Origin: Nemertoderma westbladi
Taxonomy: Eukaryota; Animalia; Xenacoelomorpha
Length of the DNA: 46,453 nt
Assembly: GCA_032718475.1 (NCBI GenBank)
Contig: JAUCBJ010004449.1
Span: 1-46,453, forward strand
Direction of reading: 5' to 3'
Position 1 is the first letter of the stretch; every line of letters begins with the position of its first letter. A program made the translations under genes and the position numbers. Below are positions 1 through 9,875 of the stretch, one piece after another. Below the pieces are notes generated by a model that did no database searches, was not told the DNA's origin, and was given only the letters and a program-made list of their open reading frames with translations.

Positions 1-57
1 CAACATTCTTAAAAATGCAGCTGCAATGCAGCATGCCGATCCTAGTAGTAGTAGTAG
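1..57 (+). mobile_element. 3' end of an RTE-clade LINE with (TAG)n tail
   Basis: CATTCTTAAAAATGCAGCTGCAATGCAGCATGCCGATCCTAGTAGTAG matches the 3' end of the RTE copy at ~20973-21021. Confidence 0.85.
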
Positions 58-122
58 GGCACCTTCCTACCCCTTATTCAATTGTTTCTAGCCCAACAAT
101 TTTTTCGCCCACCAACCCTATT
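57..122. repeat. Dispersed repeat fragment, second copy at 24081-24146
   Basis: GGGCACCTTCCTACCCCTTATTCAATTGTTTCTAGCCCAACAATTTTTTCGC..CCAACCCTATT recurs with few mismatches at 24081-24146. Confidence 0.8.
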
Positions 123-261
123 ATTTCTTTAATTAGATTTTGCCGGCAAATCTTTTAACCTGCGTGTGGGGGACACGCAGGTTAAAAGATTAAAACTCCT
201 ATGGAGTATAATATGTGAGTGGATGCCTCTAATATGATAAACCACACACATAAAACTATAT

Positions 262-1831
262 ATGATTATGCCAACAAATTGCCCAAATATAAAATTTATG
301 AGTTGTCCGTTTAATTTCTTTCGTAGCAAAACACAAAAAACTGCAGATGGGCAGCCAGTTGCGAAAACCTCGGACTTTCAGATAATAAAGTGTATTGGTA
401 AAGGAGGTTATGGGGTGGTTTACTATGTCCGCCATAAACACGATAATAAATTCTATGCCATGAAGATTGTACCTAAGGGGTCCACCAGCTTCGAAGGAAA
501 GGAGCAAGCATCGCACCAAACAAATGAACGCAAGAAGATGTGCTTCGCCGAAAGAAACGCTTTATCAAAGAATATTAAACATCCCTTTATTGTGCAGTTA
601 CATTACGCTTTTCAAACCAGAAGAAAGGTTTACTTTGTGTTGACATACGCTGACGGTGGGGATTTATTTAGTCACCAGGCATTGTCAAATAACCGTTTCT
701 CAGAACGGAAAGCCAGGTTGGCACTACTATAGCTTGTGTGAACATTTTCGACCAACTTAAATGAATCAATTAGTTCCTTCTACAGCATTTTTTTTGGAAT
801 CTTTTCTTGAATATGGTTGGCTGACATTCGATTTAGTAGTAGGTAGTAAATTCCATAAGGTAGATAGAATTTTAAAATAATTAAATATCTATAAAATGTA
901 TTAATATTTTATATATAGTATTGTAAAAGCTGCGTAAAAAATAGATTGAAATTTTAATTAAATCCTTATGTATTTAAAAAAATACTAGCTATCTAAAAAA
1001 TGTACGAGCTATCAATCAATCGAATGCCAGTCAACCATCATCCATAAAAAACAACTTGGCTATAGTAGTGCCGCCAGGTTTTATAGTGCGGAAACAGCTT
1101 GCGCGCTTGGATACTTGCATGACAATGGAATTATTTATCGGGATCTCAAGCCAGAGAATATCCTCTTCGATGCCTTAGGCCACATCATGTTGGGAGATTT
1201 TGGTTTGGCGAAAGAGGGTATGGGACCAGGAGTTCGTACCAGGTCCCTGTGCGGCACTATTACATACATGTGCCCTGAAAGAATACTTTTAAATGAGCAT
1301 GGGTTTGCTTCGGATTGGTGGTCTTTGGGTGTGCTTATATTCGACATGATCTCTGGAATTAATCCATTTGAACCAGTACCCGAGACCGTCAACGGCCAGT
1401 TTAAGTATGAGAGCGTCGAACTTCATACGACCTCATTACAAAAAGCAATTTGTAACAGTGAACCACACTGGGAATTGTTACCAATGACAGCATCATCCTC
1501 CATTAGGAATATAATTTCCAAACTTTTAATAAAGGAACCATCTCTCAGACTTGGCTCAAGAGACGGACTTAGTGATATTAAAGCTCACAGTTTTTTCTGT
1601 GGAATAGACTTCGAGAAACTAGAAAGCAAAAAAATAAAACCACCAATGGAACCCGATGTTTTGGGTGAAAATAAGTTCCAATATTTTGAAGAAGAGCTTT
1701 GCAAACAAGAACCAGATAGTAACATTCTCAATGACAGCGAAGTTAATCATTCAAACGACGACGATGAGATATACCACGGATTTGAATTCACTCAGAAGAA
1801 AGTTAAAAATGATAAATGCTCAATTCACTAA
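262..1831 (+). CDS. AGC-group Ser/Thr kinase, SGK/S6K-like, ~402 aa; exons 262-716 and 1078-1831
   Basis: Motifs GKGGYG, YAMK, AERNAL..NIKHPF, YRDLKPEN, DFG, CGT..YMCPE, DWWSLG and an AGC C-tail. Removing GT(717)..AG(1077) restores ...ERKAR/FYSAETACALGYLHDNG in frame. Confidence 0.85.
720..1072. mobile_element. Non-autonomous TIR element (MITE) forming the kinase intron
   Basis: Perfect 14-bp TIR GGCACTACTATAGC (720-733) / GCTATAGTAGTGCC (1059-1072). Perfect 8-bp TSD GCCAGGTT at 712-719 and 1073-1080. AT-rich non-coding interior. Confidence 0.9.
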
Positions 1832-2548
1832 CTACTATCGTACAAGAGAATATAGGGAACATACGTTATGGTGTAAACTGCAGGATGTGCAGCAAAATTA
1901 ACAGAAACAAACACATGCTACTGGCATGAGTAAATCCTCCAGGAAAACAGTAATATGGGTAGTGGCAGTGACATACAAATACTCACATTCTATTGATATT
2001 GATAAAAAGAAAGTAAATAAATAAATGAAAATAAAATTACCATTTATTATTAAGTTTATTTTCGTACACACTTCAAGGAGCGTAACATAATATTACATAA
2101 TTTACAAACTAACCGAGCAGAAACAATAAGGAGTTGAGTTACTTATAGCATAATATTATAACACAAGTAATTATAAAGAACATAAATTTGGAGGTTGATA
2201 AGTACTGTAGAATAAATTTCAGTTCGCTATCCTTGAATCCAATGACCTCTAAACCGTTTGAATGCACGTTAATAATAAATCATTTCCTTACTTGATTTAG
2301 TTAGGTTGTTGATATTTCACAGATTACCAATATTACGATAGTGATAGTTAGAACCGCTACGAGATCTACAGATAAATAAACATAAATCAGATAGAAATCT
2401 AATTATACGTGCACTAGAACTTTGCACATTATTTGCAAATTTTATAAATCTATTTTGCAACATAACGCAAGGATCTCAAAGGGAAAAATTTGTTCTACTA
2501 TATATCTGTGTGAATTGAATGGCAAATCGAAAATAATTCGCACATTTA

Positions 2549-2765
2549 AGGCCATGATACACCGCAGGAGCAGCGAGCGGCAGCAATGAGCGGCAATGGC
2601 AAGCGGCCACAAAATAGAACACATTATTTTCTATGGGTGATGATACACCACAAATGGCCACTGCCGCTCGCCGCTCCTATAGTGTATCATACTAAAAGTC
2701 GCCACTCACATCGGCCGCTCGCCGCAGCCGCTGCCGCTCGCTGCTCCTGTGGTGTATCATGGCCT
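2549..2765. mobile_element. PIF/Harbinger-type (Tourist-like) MITE, 217 bp
   Basis: ~36-bp TIR AGGCCATGATACACC(G/A)CAGGAGCAGCGAGCGGCAGC with 1 mismatch, flanked by TTA at 2546-2548 and 2766-2768. A TWA TSD is typical of Harbinger. Confidence 0.85.
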
Positions 2766-2820
2766 TTATATTCCATGCGCATGCACTATGTATTCTAGAA
2801 CATTCACCACAGGAAAGATC

Positions 2821-3060
2821 TCAAATATTACTACCATACAAACTAGAAAAACTAGTCTGTAAGTCGCATATAGTATATGGGTTAGAGTAGTCGACTTCAT
2901 GGAGCAACGATGTTGATGATGATGTCGTGATGTTGGTATTCAATGTGTTATGAAAATCAACTGTATGTCCTAAATGAATAGCCTCACGAACCCATGGAAG
3001 ATCAACTCCACCTAATCTAATTCTAAGGTTGATGTCAAGTCGAGCCAGAACTGAAAGAAA
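2821..3060 (-). pseudogene. Degenerate LINE ORF2 fragment (post-RT region)
   Basis: Translation IRLGGVDLPWVREAIHLGHTV resembles the LPWV...HLGH segment that follows the RT in CR1/L2-group LINEs. Recognised by eye. Confidence 0.4.
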
Positions 3061-3193
3061 TGCACTTTTCAGTTCTCTATTATTTTTACGCCATGGTGGT
3101 TGCAATATAGTTTGCCTTGGTGGTTTATACCAGTGTGTCCGATTGTTCGATTCTCTAAATGAGAGTCTATTTGGACTCATAGTCCGCACCTTG

Positions 3194-3900
3194 TCAACAT
3201 GCCTGCATGGGCAGGGCACTCATGTCGACTTGTAGACCTTCCTTGTTTATGCATGCTGCATATGACTGTATCCTTCGATGCATTGGACATGTTGGGTTGT
3301 GCACCGCTCTTGTTTTGCTTTCTGTTCTGGCCTCTGATCTGACGGGTTTAGTGAAGTTGTCCTCCACATATACTGGGTCTGTAAAGATCTCCGATTGATA
3401 TGTCAGGAATTTAGAAAGCTCCTGCATTCCCGGTTCATCCTTCTTCTGTTTCCGGGTGTTCAATGCCCTCTCCCCCCGCAATTTGTTGCGTAACCATTTA
3501 GGTAAGGGATCGACTAGAGTCATCATTATTCGATGAGGAATTAAGTTCTTGCGAATCTACCAATCCCTGGCATACACAGTTGGAGATATTGAATGGAGTC
3601 GAAGCACAACTGTCCCAATGTACAAAGCAGGTGTGGTTTGAGTAACTCCACAAGAGTACATGAAGAAATAAAGGGTAAAATCGGTAATAAAGGGTAATAA
3701 AGGGTCTTGATTAATTCCAGGAAGTGTTTGCCCCCTTCGACCATGAAATGTCTTCTTTAGATCCAGAAGTCAACCGTAGACAAGAGTTGAAAGGCGTGAA
3801 TAATACCCAATGACCTCAGTAGCAGCCCAGGTACATTGCATCGTCCCACCAACCAGATTGGAAACCAAACTGCATTTCATTAAGGGAGAATGTTCACACT
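3194..3900 (-). pseudogene. Degenerate BEL/Pao LTR retrotransposon gag remnant
   Basis: LVDPLPKWLRNKL...EPGMQELSKFLTYQSEIFTDPVY resembles the BEL/Pao Gag LP..L..KW...F...E.....DPV pattern. Frames are broken. Confidence 0.45.
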
Positions 3901-4881
3901 GCGAAATCAGCATCATCCACTCAAATACTGTAGTTTAATAAGCAAGGACGATAAGGCAATCACACGATGTACAGACCAACGTCGCTGAGTTTATCTTTAA
4001 CTAACGGGATAATTACTCACGTTTGCACGAATTGAGGAATGAATCCGTGAACTACTGTAGAAGCAAATTAAATAAACGAGCAATGTGCTCCTGAACTCTT
4101 GGCCAGTATTTATCAGACAGTCAGAGTCCAAACCGTAGGCCTACACAGCGTCTGTTTTTGAACTTTTCAGTTTATGTAATAATGCAGCTTCAATGAAAAC
4201 CAAGGTAATGAGAGGTAATGCTTCAGTCTCACTTGCTCTCAATTTCGTATCGATCTCACTTTTCAACAATCATATATTTTCACAATCATATATTTTCAAA
4301 CTTACTGTTGGTTGTACTCTACGCAATTTTCTTGATTTCAGTGAAAATTTGTTGGTTGTTTGCAAGGCACGCTTCTATCAATTCTCCGCTTAACATTATC
4401 TAAATATCACCGTTGTATCTGTCTCGTAAATGGAATAATTCTGCATTTACTACGGCATTTGGGCAACCAGCCCAGCCGCAACCTAGACACTATCACAGAA
4501 GAGCGGTTCGTCCTTAAACGGCCGAATATGTTCATTCCAACCCGGTAGGATCGGTCTACTGTACTACTGTATTAGACGAGTCCGAATGGCCAGACTGTGA
4601 CTGGAGTACTCAAGCAATCGGTACCGGAATTATCAATATATATATACTGTATATGTATCAGCAGTATATCTAGCAATTTATCAGCAGTGTATTTTCAACA
4701 GAGATTTTATGTTCTGGATCGGTATAATATACTATAGATTGGGGCAACAGAAGCAAGGACTTGAATCGGTATCAATATGCAGAACGATAGACTGAATTTA
4801 CTGCCGGTAAATTATATTACCCAATTTATCACTGCGATTCTTTCACTATAAATACTATTATTCCATGGTTGTACTGTACAG

Positions 4882-5467
4882 CTGGATGTCGGTGGATCCG
4901 GAAGTCAGATGAGGACCTTCGTATACGTAAGGGAAAGGCATGGGCAGCCTTGAATGGGCTTTCCATTCCAGGATTAGGAAGTCACATAGAATTCATCGAA
5001 AACTTAAGGTCCGATTATTTAAAGCAGCAGTAGTTCCAGTACTCCTCTATGAGAGTCCATGCTGGACTCTACATAACTACTGAGGACACCAAATCTCGGG
5101 TTCATCAGTCGGGTTCACTGAGTCAAGTACAATGAACACATCTCCAACCAGACACTACATTATATAACATTGGAGGTGTTTCATTGGTGCCCCCAAGCTT
5201 GATACTAGAAAAATGCCGCCTCCACTTTACAGGACATTGTTTTCGCCGTGAGGACCAGCCTGTGCACAATATTGTGCTTTAGCAGCCCCATTGAGAAAAT
5301 TAGCATGGTGGACAGCCCATGACTTTCGTGAGACGCCTGCTAATGGACACTGGCCTTGAAGATGCAGATAATATCGCGAAAATCATGGGGGATAGGGAGT
5401 TGTGTTGTGTTTTTGTTAAGCTGGCATAGCATCTCAATGTGCAGTTCCAATGCAGCAGGCCGATTAG
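4882..5467 (+). mobile_element. 5'-truncated, decayed RTE LINE copy
   Basis: Colinear with ~20420-21021 (GGATCCGGAAGTCAG...GGAAAGGCATGGGCAGCCTTGAAT...GGACACTGGCCTTGAAGATGC...TAGTAGT) with many substitutions and small insertions. Confidence 0.85.
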
Positions 5468-5485
5468 TAGTTACAAATTCGCGGT

Positions 5486-6439
5486 TTATATTATCAAATG
5501 AGCAAAGGGCGGGAAATTTAAACCATACAAGGGAATTAAATAATATAAAATAATTAAACTGATTTTGAAATTGTTTATGATATGAGTTCCTGACTCTACT
5601 GTCCCACCCTTGTGTCGGCGTTGGCCAGCAAGATGGACGGCGATGCTTCTGCCCCCAACAAAAACTGGGCGTTTCCGTGCCGATCTCGACCCTCTTATGC
5701 ACATCAGGGAGGCCCGCAGCAGCGCGAAGCTGAACTGCCTCCGCACCCAGCTCACGCACTCCGAGTAGCGCAGCTCGCGCCGGTCCGCCAGCTTTGAAGC
5801 GAGGTGCTTCACGAACAGCGTCGTGGAGGGAGATATTCCCCCCAACGCTGAGAATATCAGCGGGGTGAACGTGGCGTGCTCGACTTCCCGGATCCGTTCC
5901 AGATATTTATTGCGTTTCCGGGTTTCGTGGAATAGGTGGGCGGCGTCGACGTCCATTGCGGCGTTGGTCGGGGCGAGGGGGTTGAAGACGGATACATCTA
6001 TGTACGTCTTTTGATATCGATTCCCCCAAAACCCGGAGACCGACACGTCCAACCGAGCTTGTTGGTCCACGGAAGTGGACGTGCGGGAGAACTGCTCGCC
6101 GGTGATTGGCTGCAGGTGCGGCTCGATGGCAACGTTATGAGCGACCTCGGTTAACGTTGTGGCGACGAAATCCCGGAGCTCGTTGTGCCTAATTGACGGG
6201 TAACCGCCGGTGGGACAAGACAAGATGTGGTTTGTTGAAAATCTTGTCCCACAGGCACAACGAGCTGGGAGCGACTCGGGCTGCCACCCATAACGCAGAC
6301 ACAATGCGTCGCGGAACTCCTCTTTAGTTAGGTGGGTATCGTGGAGGGTTATGGGGCGCGCGTTGAGCCAGGCCGAGGCGCCAGGTTCCACCACGAGCTC
6401 CGTCAACTTCCGTTGATTCTCGGGTAGGTCAAGAACTAA
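5486..6439 (-). CDS. Retrotransposon ORF part 2: zinc knuckle and RLE endonuclease (frameshifted continuation)
   Basis: The frame is open from ~6445 ([25 protein letters not shown]...CIRGSRS). The last ~40 codons run into AT-rich flank and are probably not native. Confidence 0.8.
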   Translation of the reverse strand, partial: LVLDLPENQRKLTELVVEPGASAWLNARPITLHDTHLTKEEFRDALCLRYGWQPESLPARCACGTRFSTNHILSCPTGGYPSIRHNELRDFVATTLTEVAHNVAIEPHLQPITGEQFSRTSTSVDQQARLDVSVSGFWGNRYQKTYIDVSVFNPLAPTNAAMDVDAAHLFHETRKRNKYLERIREVEHATFTPLIFSALGGISPSTTLFVKHLASKLADRRELRYSECVSWVRRQFSFALLRASLMCIRGSRSARKRPVFVGGRSIAVHLAGQRRHKGGTVESGTHIINNFKISLIILYYLIPLYGLNFPPFAHLII

Positions 6440-9400
6440 CCGACTCTACCTTCTCCTTCAGTGCCGGCACGGCCCTCGCCTTGATCCGGGTGGCGATGAA
6501 CTTTTGCGCCTCCCTTATAGCAACCGGTTCCACGACCTCCATAAACGGTTCACAGATCCACCTGGAGTTGCCGTTTTCGATTCGTAAGTCCTCGGGAGTC
6601 GGGATCGCTAGCCCGCCGTGGCGAACTGGTAGCGAGAGCAGCCTGCGCTCCTCAGGAGTGATGACGGGGCGGTTGGTCAGGCCCTGGAGGAACTGGACGA
6701 CGGACTCCTCGAGCTTCTCGAAGAAATCCATGGCCCCCGGGACAACCCTTGCGATGAACCTCCATCGAGCAACTAATCCGATAGCTAGGCCGGCGTAGGC
6801 ACAGTGCGGGTCGATTGCTGCGACCTCGCTGAGTTGCTGTAACTGGGCGACAAACTCGTCGACCTTCTTCCGGACGAACTCCTCCCGGTACTCAGCGTTG
6901 CCGATCATGCCACCGAGGAGATTGTTCCCAGCAGTCCCGATGGTAAAACATTCCTCGGGGAACATCCGCTTAGCTTCCTCCAGCAGATCCGGCTTTACGA
7001 GCAAGTGACACTTTGTGGGGTTGTAACCGTACAGCGGCCCTCGTTCCGCCAACAAGTCCCAGAACTTATGGAGCTCTACCAATGTTCCCGCCGCGTTCGC
7101 GTCATCGGCATACCACTTCTGAAGGACCTCCGACGCGTCGTCCAGCTCGCCGATCAGCGGCATCGATCCCATCGCGTACATCTGCATAGCAATGGGGTCG
7201 CCCTGGGTTGATCCTTCGGCCGATAATATGAACTCCCTGCCTATGTAAAGCTTCGTTGGGAGGGAGTAACAGTTCGATACAACGGTGTGGAGAGAGGGAC
7301 AGACATGGCGGATATTGTGCAGTGCTGCGGCGCGGTTCAACGAGTTGAACGCGTTGTTCGCGTCCACCTGCAGCACCGCCTCGCAGTCGTCGCTCGCAAA
7401 CGCGTCATTCAGGCTGTGGATGGCGTGCTCGATACCCGCCTTCTGGCCGCAGCACATCTGGGTGGTACCGCCCACGCTCTGGAGATCCTCCGAGATACAG
7501 CTAATGATAGCCTTCCCGATGACCCTCCGCAAGACCTCTCCGACTCCTATTGGGCGGACCCCGGGACACTTATCGATAGCGACGAGACGGGCGGCTAGCA
7601 AGGATGCCAGCTCGCACGGGTCATTCGTAGATTGGGCCATCCTCTTCGCCGTATTTGCGATGCTGGTGCACAGGTCGACAGAAGGGTTGCGGAACCGTGT
7701 CGCGAGGTGCTTCCAGCCCTGGACATCGAGACCAGATGGCCCTCCTGCTGTTCCCCGGAAGCGCAGAAACATCGATTGGATCAACTGAGCGTCTATCCTC
7801 TCGAATATGACGCTGTGATATTCGGGAGCGTCATCAGACTCACCAATAAGGGTGGACTCGTGGGCTGGAGCTGGAGGGGGGTGTTTGTCCAGGAGGAACT
7901 CGCGAACCGACTTGCGAACCCCGTGTTTGTTGGTGATTACCTCATCCAGGTTCAACGCTTGACCCTTGGCCATCTCATCCAGCGTACGCACTGCCGCAGA
8001 AACGTTTCCCGTTAACAAATGCTTACAGAAAGCCCTCTCCGCCGCGGTATTCCTGAGTTGTTTGGCCCGGGCCGAAACCTTTGGGAGGTGGGATTGTATG
8101 GCCCTGGCCTCGTTAAACAGCTCGATAATCTCGCCTGACTTCCACGAAGAAATACGGCGTTCTAGAATTCTCCGGTGGGTCGCGGTGGTTGAAGTGCGGC
8201 TGGGCTTCTGTAGCAGCAGAGCGGGTAAGATAAATTGCGCGGTGAGCGCCGCCTCGCCAGATGGTGACCCTGCATTAAACATATTTAGCAGCCGAGTCAT
8301 CTCCTGAACCACTTCGCGTCCGATCGCACCGGGGGGTAGGAGGAATAGGTTGGGGCGCCAATGTACGATCGCATCGTGCACCTTATGGACTGATTCGGCG
8401 AACACGTCTAAATGTAAGCTGGTCCCAAACCAGGCAACAGCATTAGACCCGTGCCCCCTGGCGGTAGGAGGGACTGTAGTGTTTGGCTGTAGGGGGCCTG
8501 ATGTAGACTGGGTTGGAACCACAGGGGCGGCGCCGGACGCTGGTGTAGCTAGGAGGGTCACACCGGACACTGTCGGAATTGGGGGGGCCTCACCTGGCGT
8601 AACTAGGGGGGCCACACCGGACACTGGCGGAACCAGGGGGGCCACGACGGACAATGGCGTAACCGGGGGAGCCGCACCAGGTACTGGCGTAGCTAGGGGG
8701 GCCACACCAGACACTGTCGGAATTGGGGGGGCCTCACTGGATACTGGCATAACTAGGGGGGCCACACCGGGCATTGGCGTAACCAGGGGGGCCACACAGG
8801 GCGATGGCGTAGCCAGGGGGGCCACACCGGACACTGGCGGAACCACGGGGGCCACGCCGGACAATGGCGTAACCGGGGGGGCCACACCAGGCACTGGCGG
8901 AACCAGGGGGGCCGCACCGGGCACTGGCGTAGCTAGGGGGGCCACACCGGACACTGGCGTACATAGGGGGGCCACACCGGGCGCTGGTGTAACTAGGGGG
9001 GCCACACCCGACACTGGCATCACTAGGGGCACCACCTCAGACACTGGCGTAACAAGGGGGGCCACACCGGACACTGGCGTAACTAGGGGGGCAAAACCGG
9101 ACCCTGGCGGAACCAGGGGGACCACACCGGACACTGGCGTAACTAGGGGGGCCACACCGGACACTGGCGTAACTAGGGGGGCCACACCGGACACTGGCGT
9201 AACTAGGGGGGCAAAACCGGACCCTGGCGGAACCAGGGGGACCACACCGGACACTGGCGTAACTAGGGGGGCCACACCGGACACTGGCGTAACTAGGGGG
9301 GCCACACCGGACGCTGGTCCATCAAGGGGGACCAGACCGGACCCTGGCAGAACCAGGGGGACCACACCGGACCCTGGCGGAACCAGGGGGACCACACCGG

Positions 9401-9875
9401 ACACTGGCGTAACTAGGGGGGCCACACCGGAGACTGGCGTAACTAGGGGGACCACACCGGACACTGGCGTAACTAGGGGGGCCCCACTGGACTCTGGCGG
9501 AACCAGGGGGACCACAACGGACCCTGGCGGGACCAGACGGGCCACACCAGACGCTGTCGGAACCAGGGAATTGGCGGTCGGCAAGAATCCGCGGGTCAGG
9601 AGTTCCTCCGAAAGGGTATCGTCCTGATCCACCAACGTATCGTCATTATGGACCCCCGAGGGGGAACATAAGGGCTGAGAAACGGACAGTGAAGAAACTC
9701 GTAATGGAGATCCGCGGCGGTTGCGATCCGGAAGTGGTTGCGATGAAGATCCAACAGCGTTTTTGCAGTTTCCGTTCCTCCCAGGGGCGCAGGTGGTGCA
9801 CGGCTCTTTATTCTTAACGCAAGAACAGTTCTTGCAGCGCCCAGACGTTCCATTGCAGACGCAACAGGCTGGCAT
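6429..9875 (-). CDS. Retrotransposon ORF part 1: Cys-rich N-terminus, 10-aa repeat linker, reverse transcriptase
   Basis: 1148-aa ORF with a YADD catalytic motif. It ends at TGA just after a frameshift near 6440. Confidence 0.85.
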   Translation of the reverse strand: MPACCVCNGTSGRCKNCSCVKNKEPCTTCAPGRNGNCKNAVGSSSQPLPDRNRRGSPLRVSSLSVSQPLCSPSGVHNDDTLVDQDDTLSEELLTRGFLPTANSLVPTASGVARLVPPGSVVVPLVPPESSGAPLVTPVSGVVPLVTPVSGVAPLVTPVSGVVPLVPPGSGVVPLVLPGSGLVPLDGPASGVAPLVTPVSGVAPLVTPVSGVVPLVPPGSGFAPLVTPVSGVAPLVTPVSGVAPLVTPVSGVVPLVPPGSGFAPLVTPVSGVAPLVTPVSEVVPLVMPVSGVAPLVTPAPGVAPLCTPVSGVAPLATPVPGAAPLVPPVPGVAPPVTPLSGVAPVVPPVSGVAPLATPSPCVAPLVTPMPGVAPLVMPVSSEAPPIPTVSGVAPLATPVPGAAPPVTPLSVVAPLVPPVSGVAPLVTPGEAPPIPTVSGVTLLATPASGAAPVVPTQSTSGPLQPNTTVPPTARGHGSNAVAWFGTSLHLDVFAESVHKVHDAIVHWRPNLFLLPPGAIGREVVQEMTRLLNMFNAGSPSGEAALTAQFILPALLLQKPSRTSTTATHRRILERRISSWKSGEIIELFNEARAIQSHLPKVSARAKQLRNTAAERAFCKHLLTGNVSAAVRTLDEMAKGQALNLDEVITNKHGVRKSVREFLLDKHPPPAPAHESTLIGESDDAPEYHSVIFERIDAQLIQSMFLRFRGTAGGPSGLDVQGWKHLATRFRNPSVDLCTSIANTAKRMAQSTNDPCELASLLAARLVAIDKCPGVRPIGVGEVLRRVIGKAIISCISEDLQSVGGTTQMCCGQKAGIEHAIHSLNDAFASDDCEAVLQVDANNAFNSLNRAAALHNIRHVCPSLHTVVSNCYSLPTKLYIGREFILSAEGSTQGDPIAMQMYAMGSMPLIGELDDASEVLQKWYADDANAAGTLVELHKFWDLLAERGPLYGYNPTKCHLLVKPDLLEEAKRMFPEECFTIGTAGNNLLGGMIGNAEYREEFVRKKVDEFVAQLQQLSEVAAIDPHCAYAGLAIGLVARWRFIARVVPGAMDFFEKLEESVVQFLQGLTNRPVITPEERRLLSLPVRHGGLAIPTPEDLRIENGNSRWICEPFMEVVEPVAIREAQKFIATRIKARAVPALKEKVESVSS
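8515..9570. repeat. In-frame 30-bp minisatellite, ~35 copies, encoding [10 protein letters not shown]-type decapeptides
   Basis: Unit GCCACACCGGACACTGGCGTAACTAGGGGG on +. The period is visible as aligned columns in the 60-bp lines. Confidence 0.95.

Noticed and set aside
6429-6431. TGA readthrough or selenocysteine between the two retrotransposon ORFs
   Set aside because: The downstream ORF is in a different frame, so a 1-nt indel rather than readthrough joins them.
8350-9627. 425-aa antisense Gly/Thr-rich ORF
   Set aside because: It is the shadow of the 30-bp GC-rich minisatellite on the opposite strand and has a non-ATG start.
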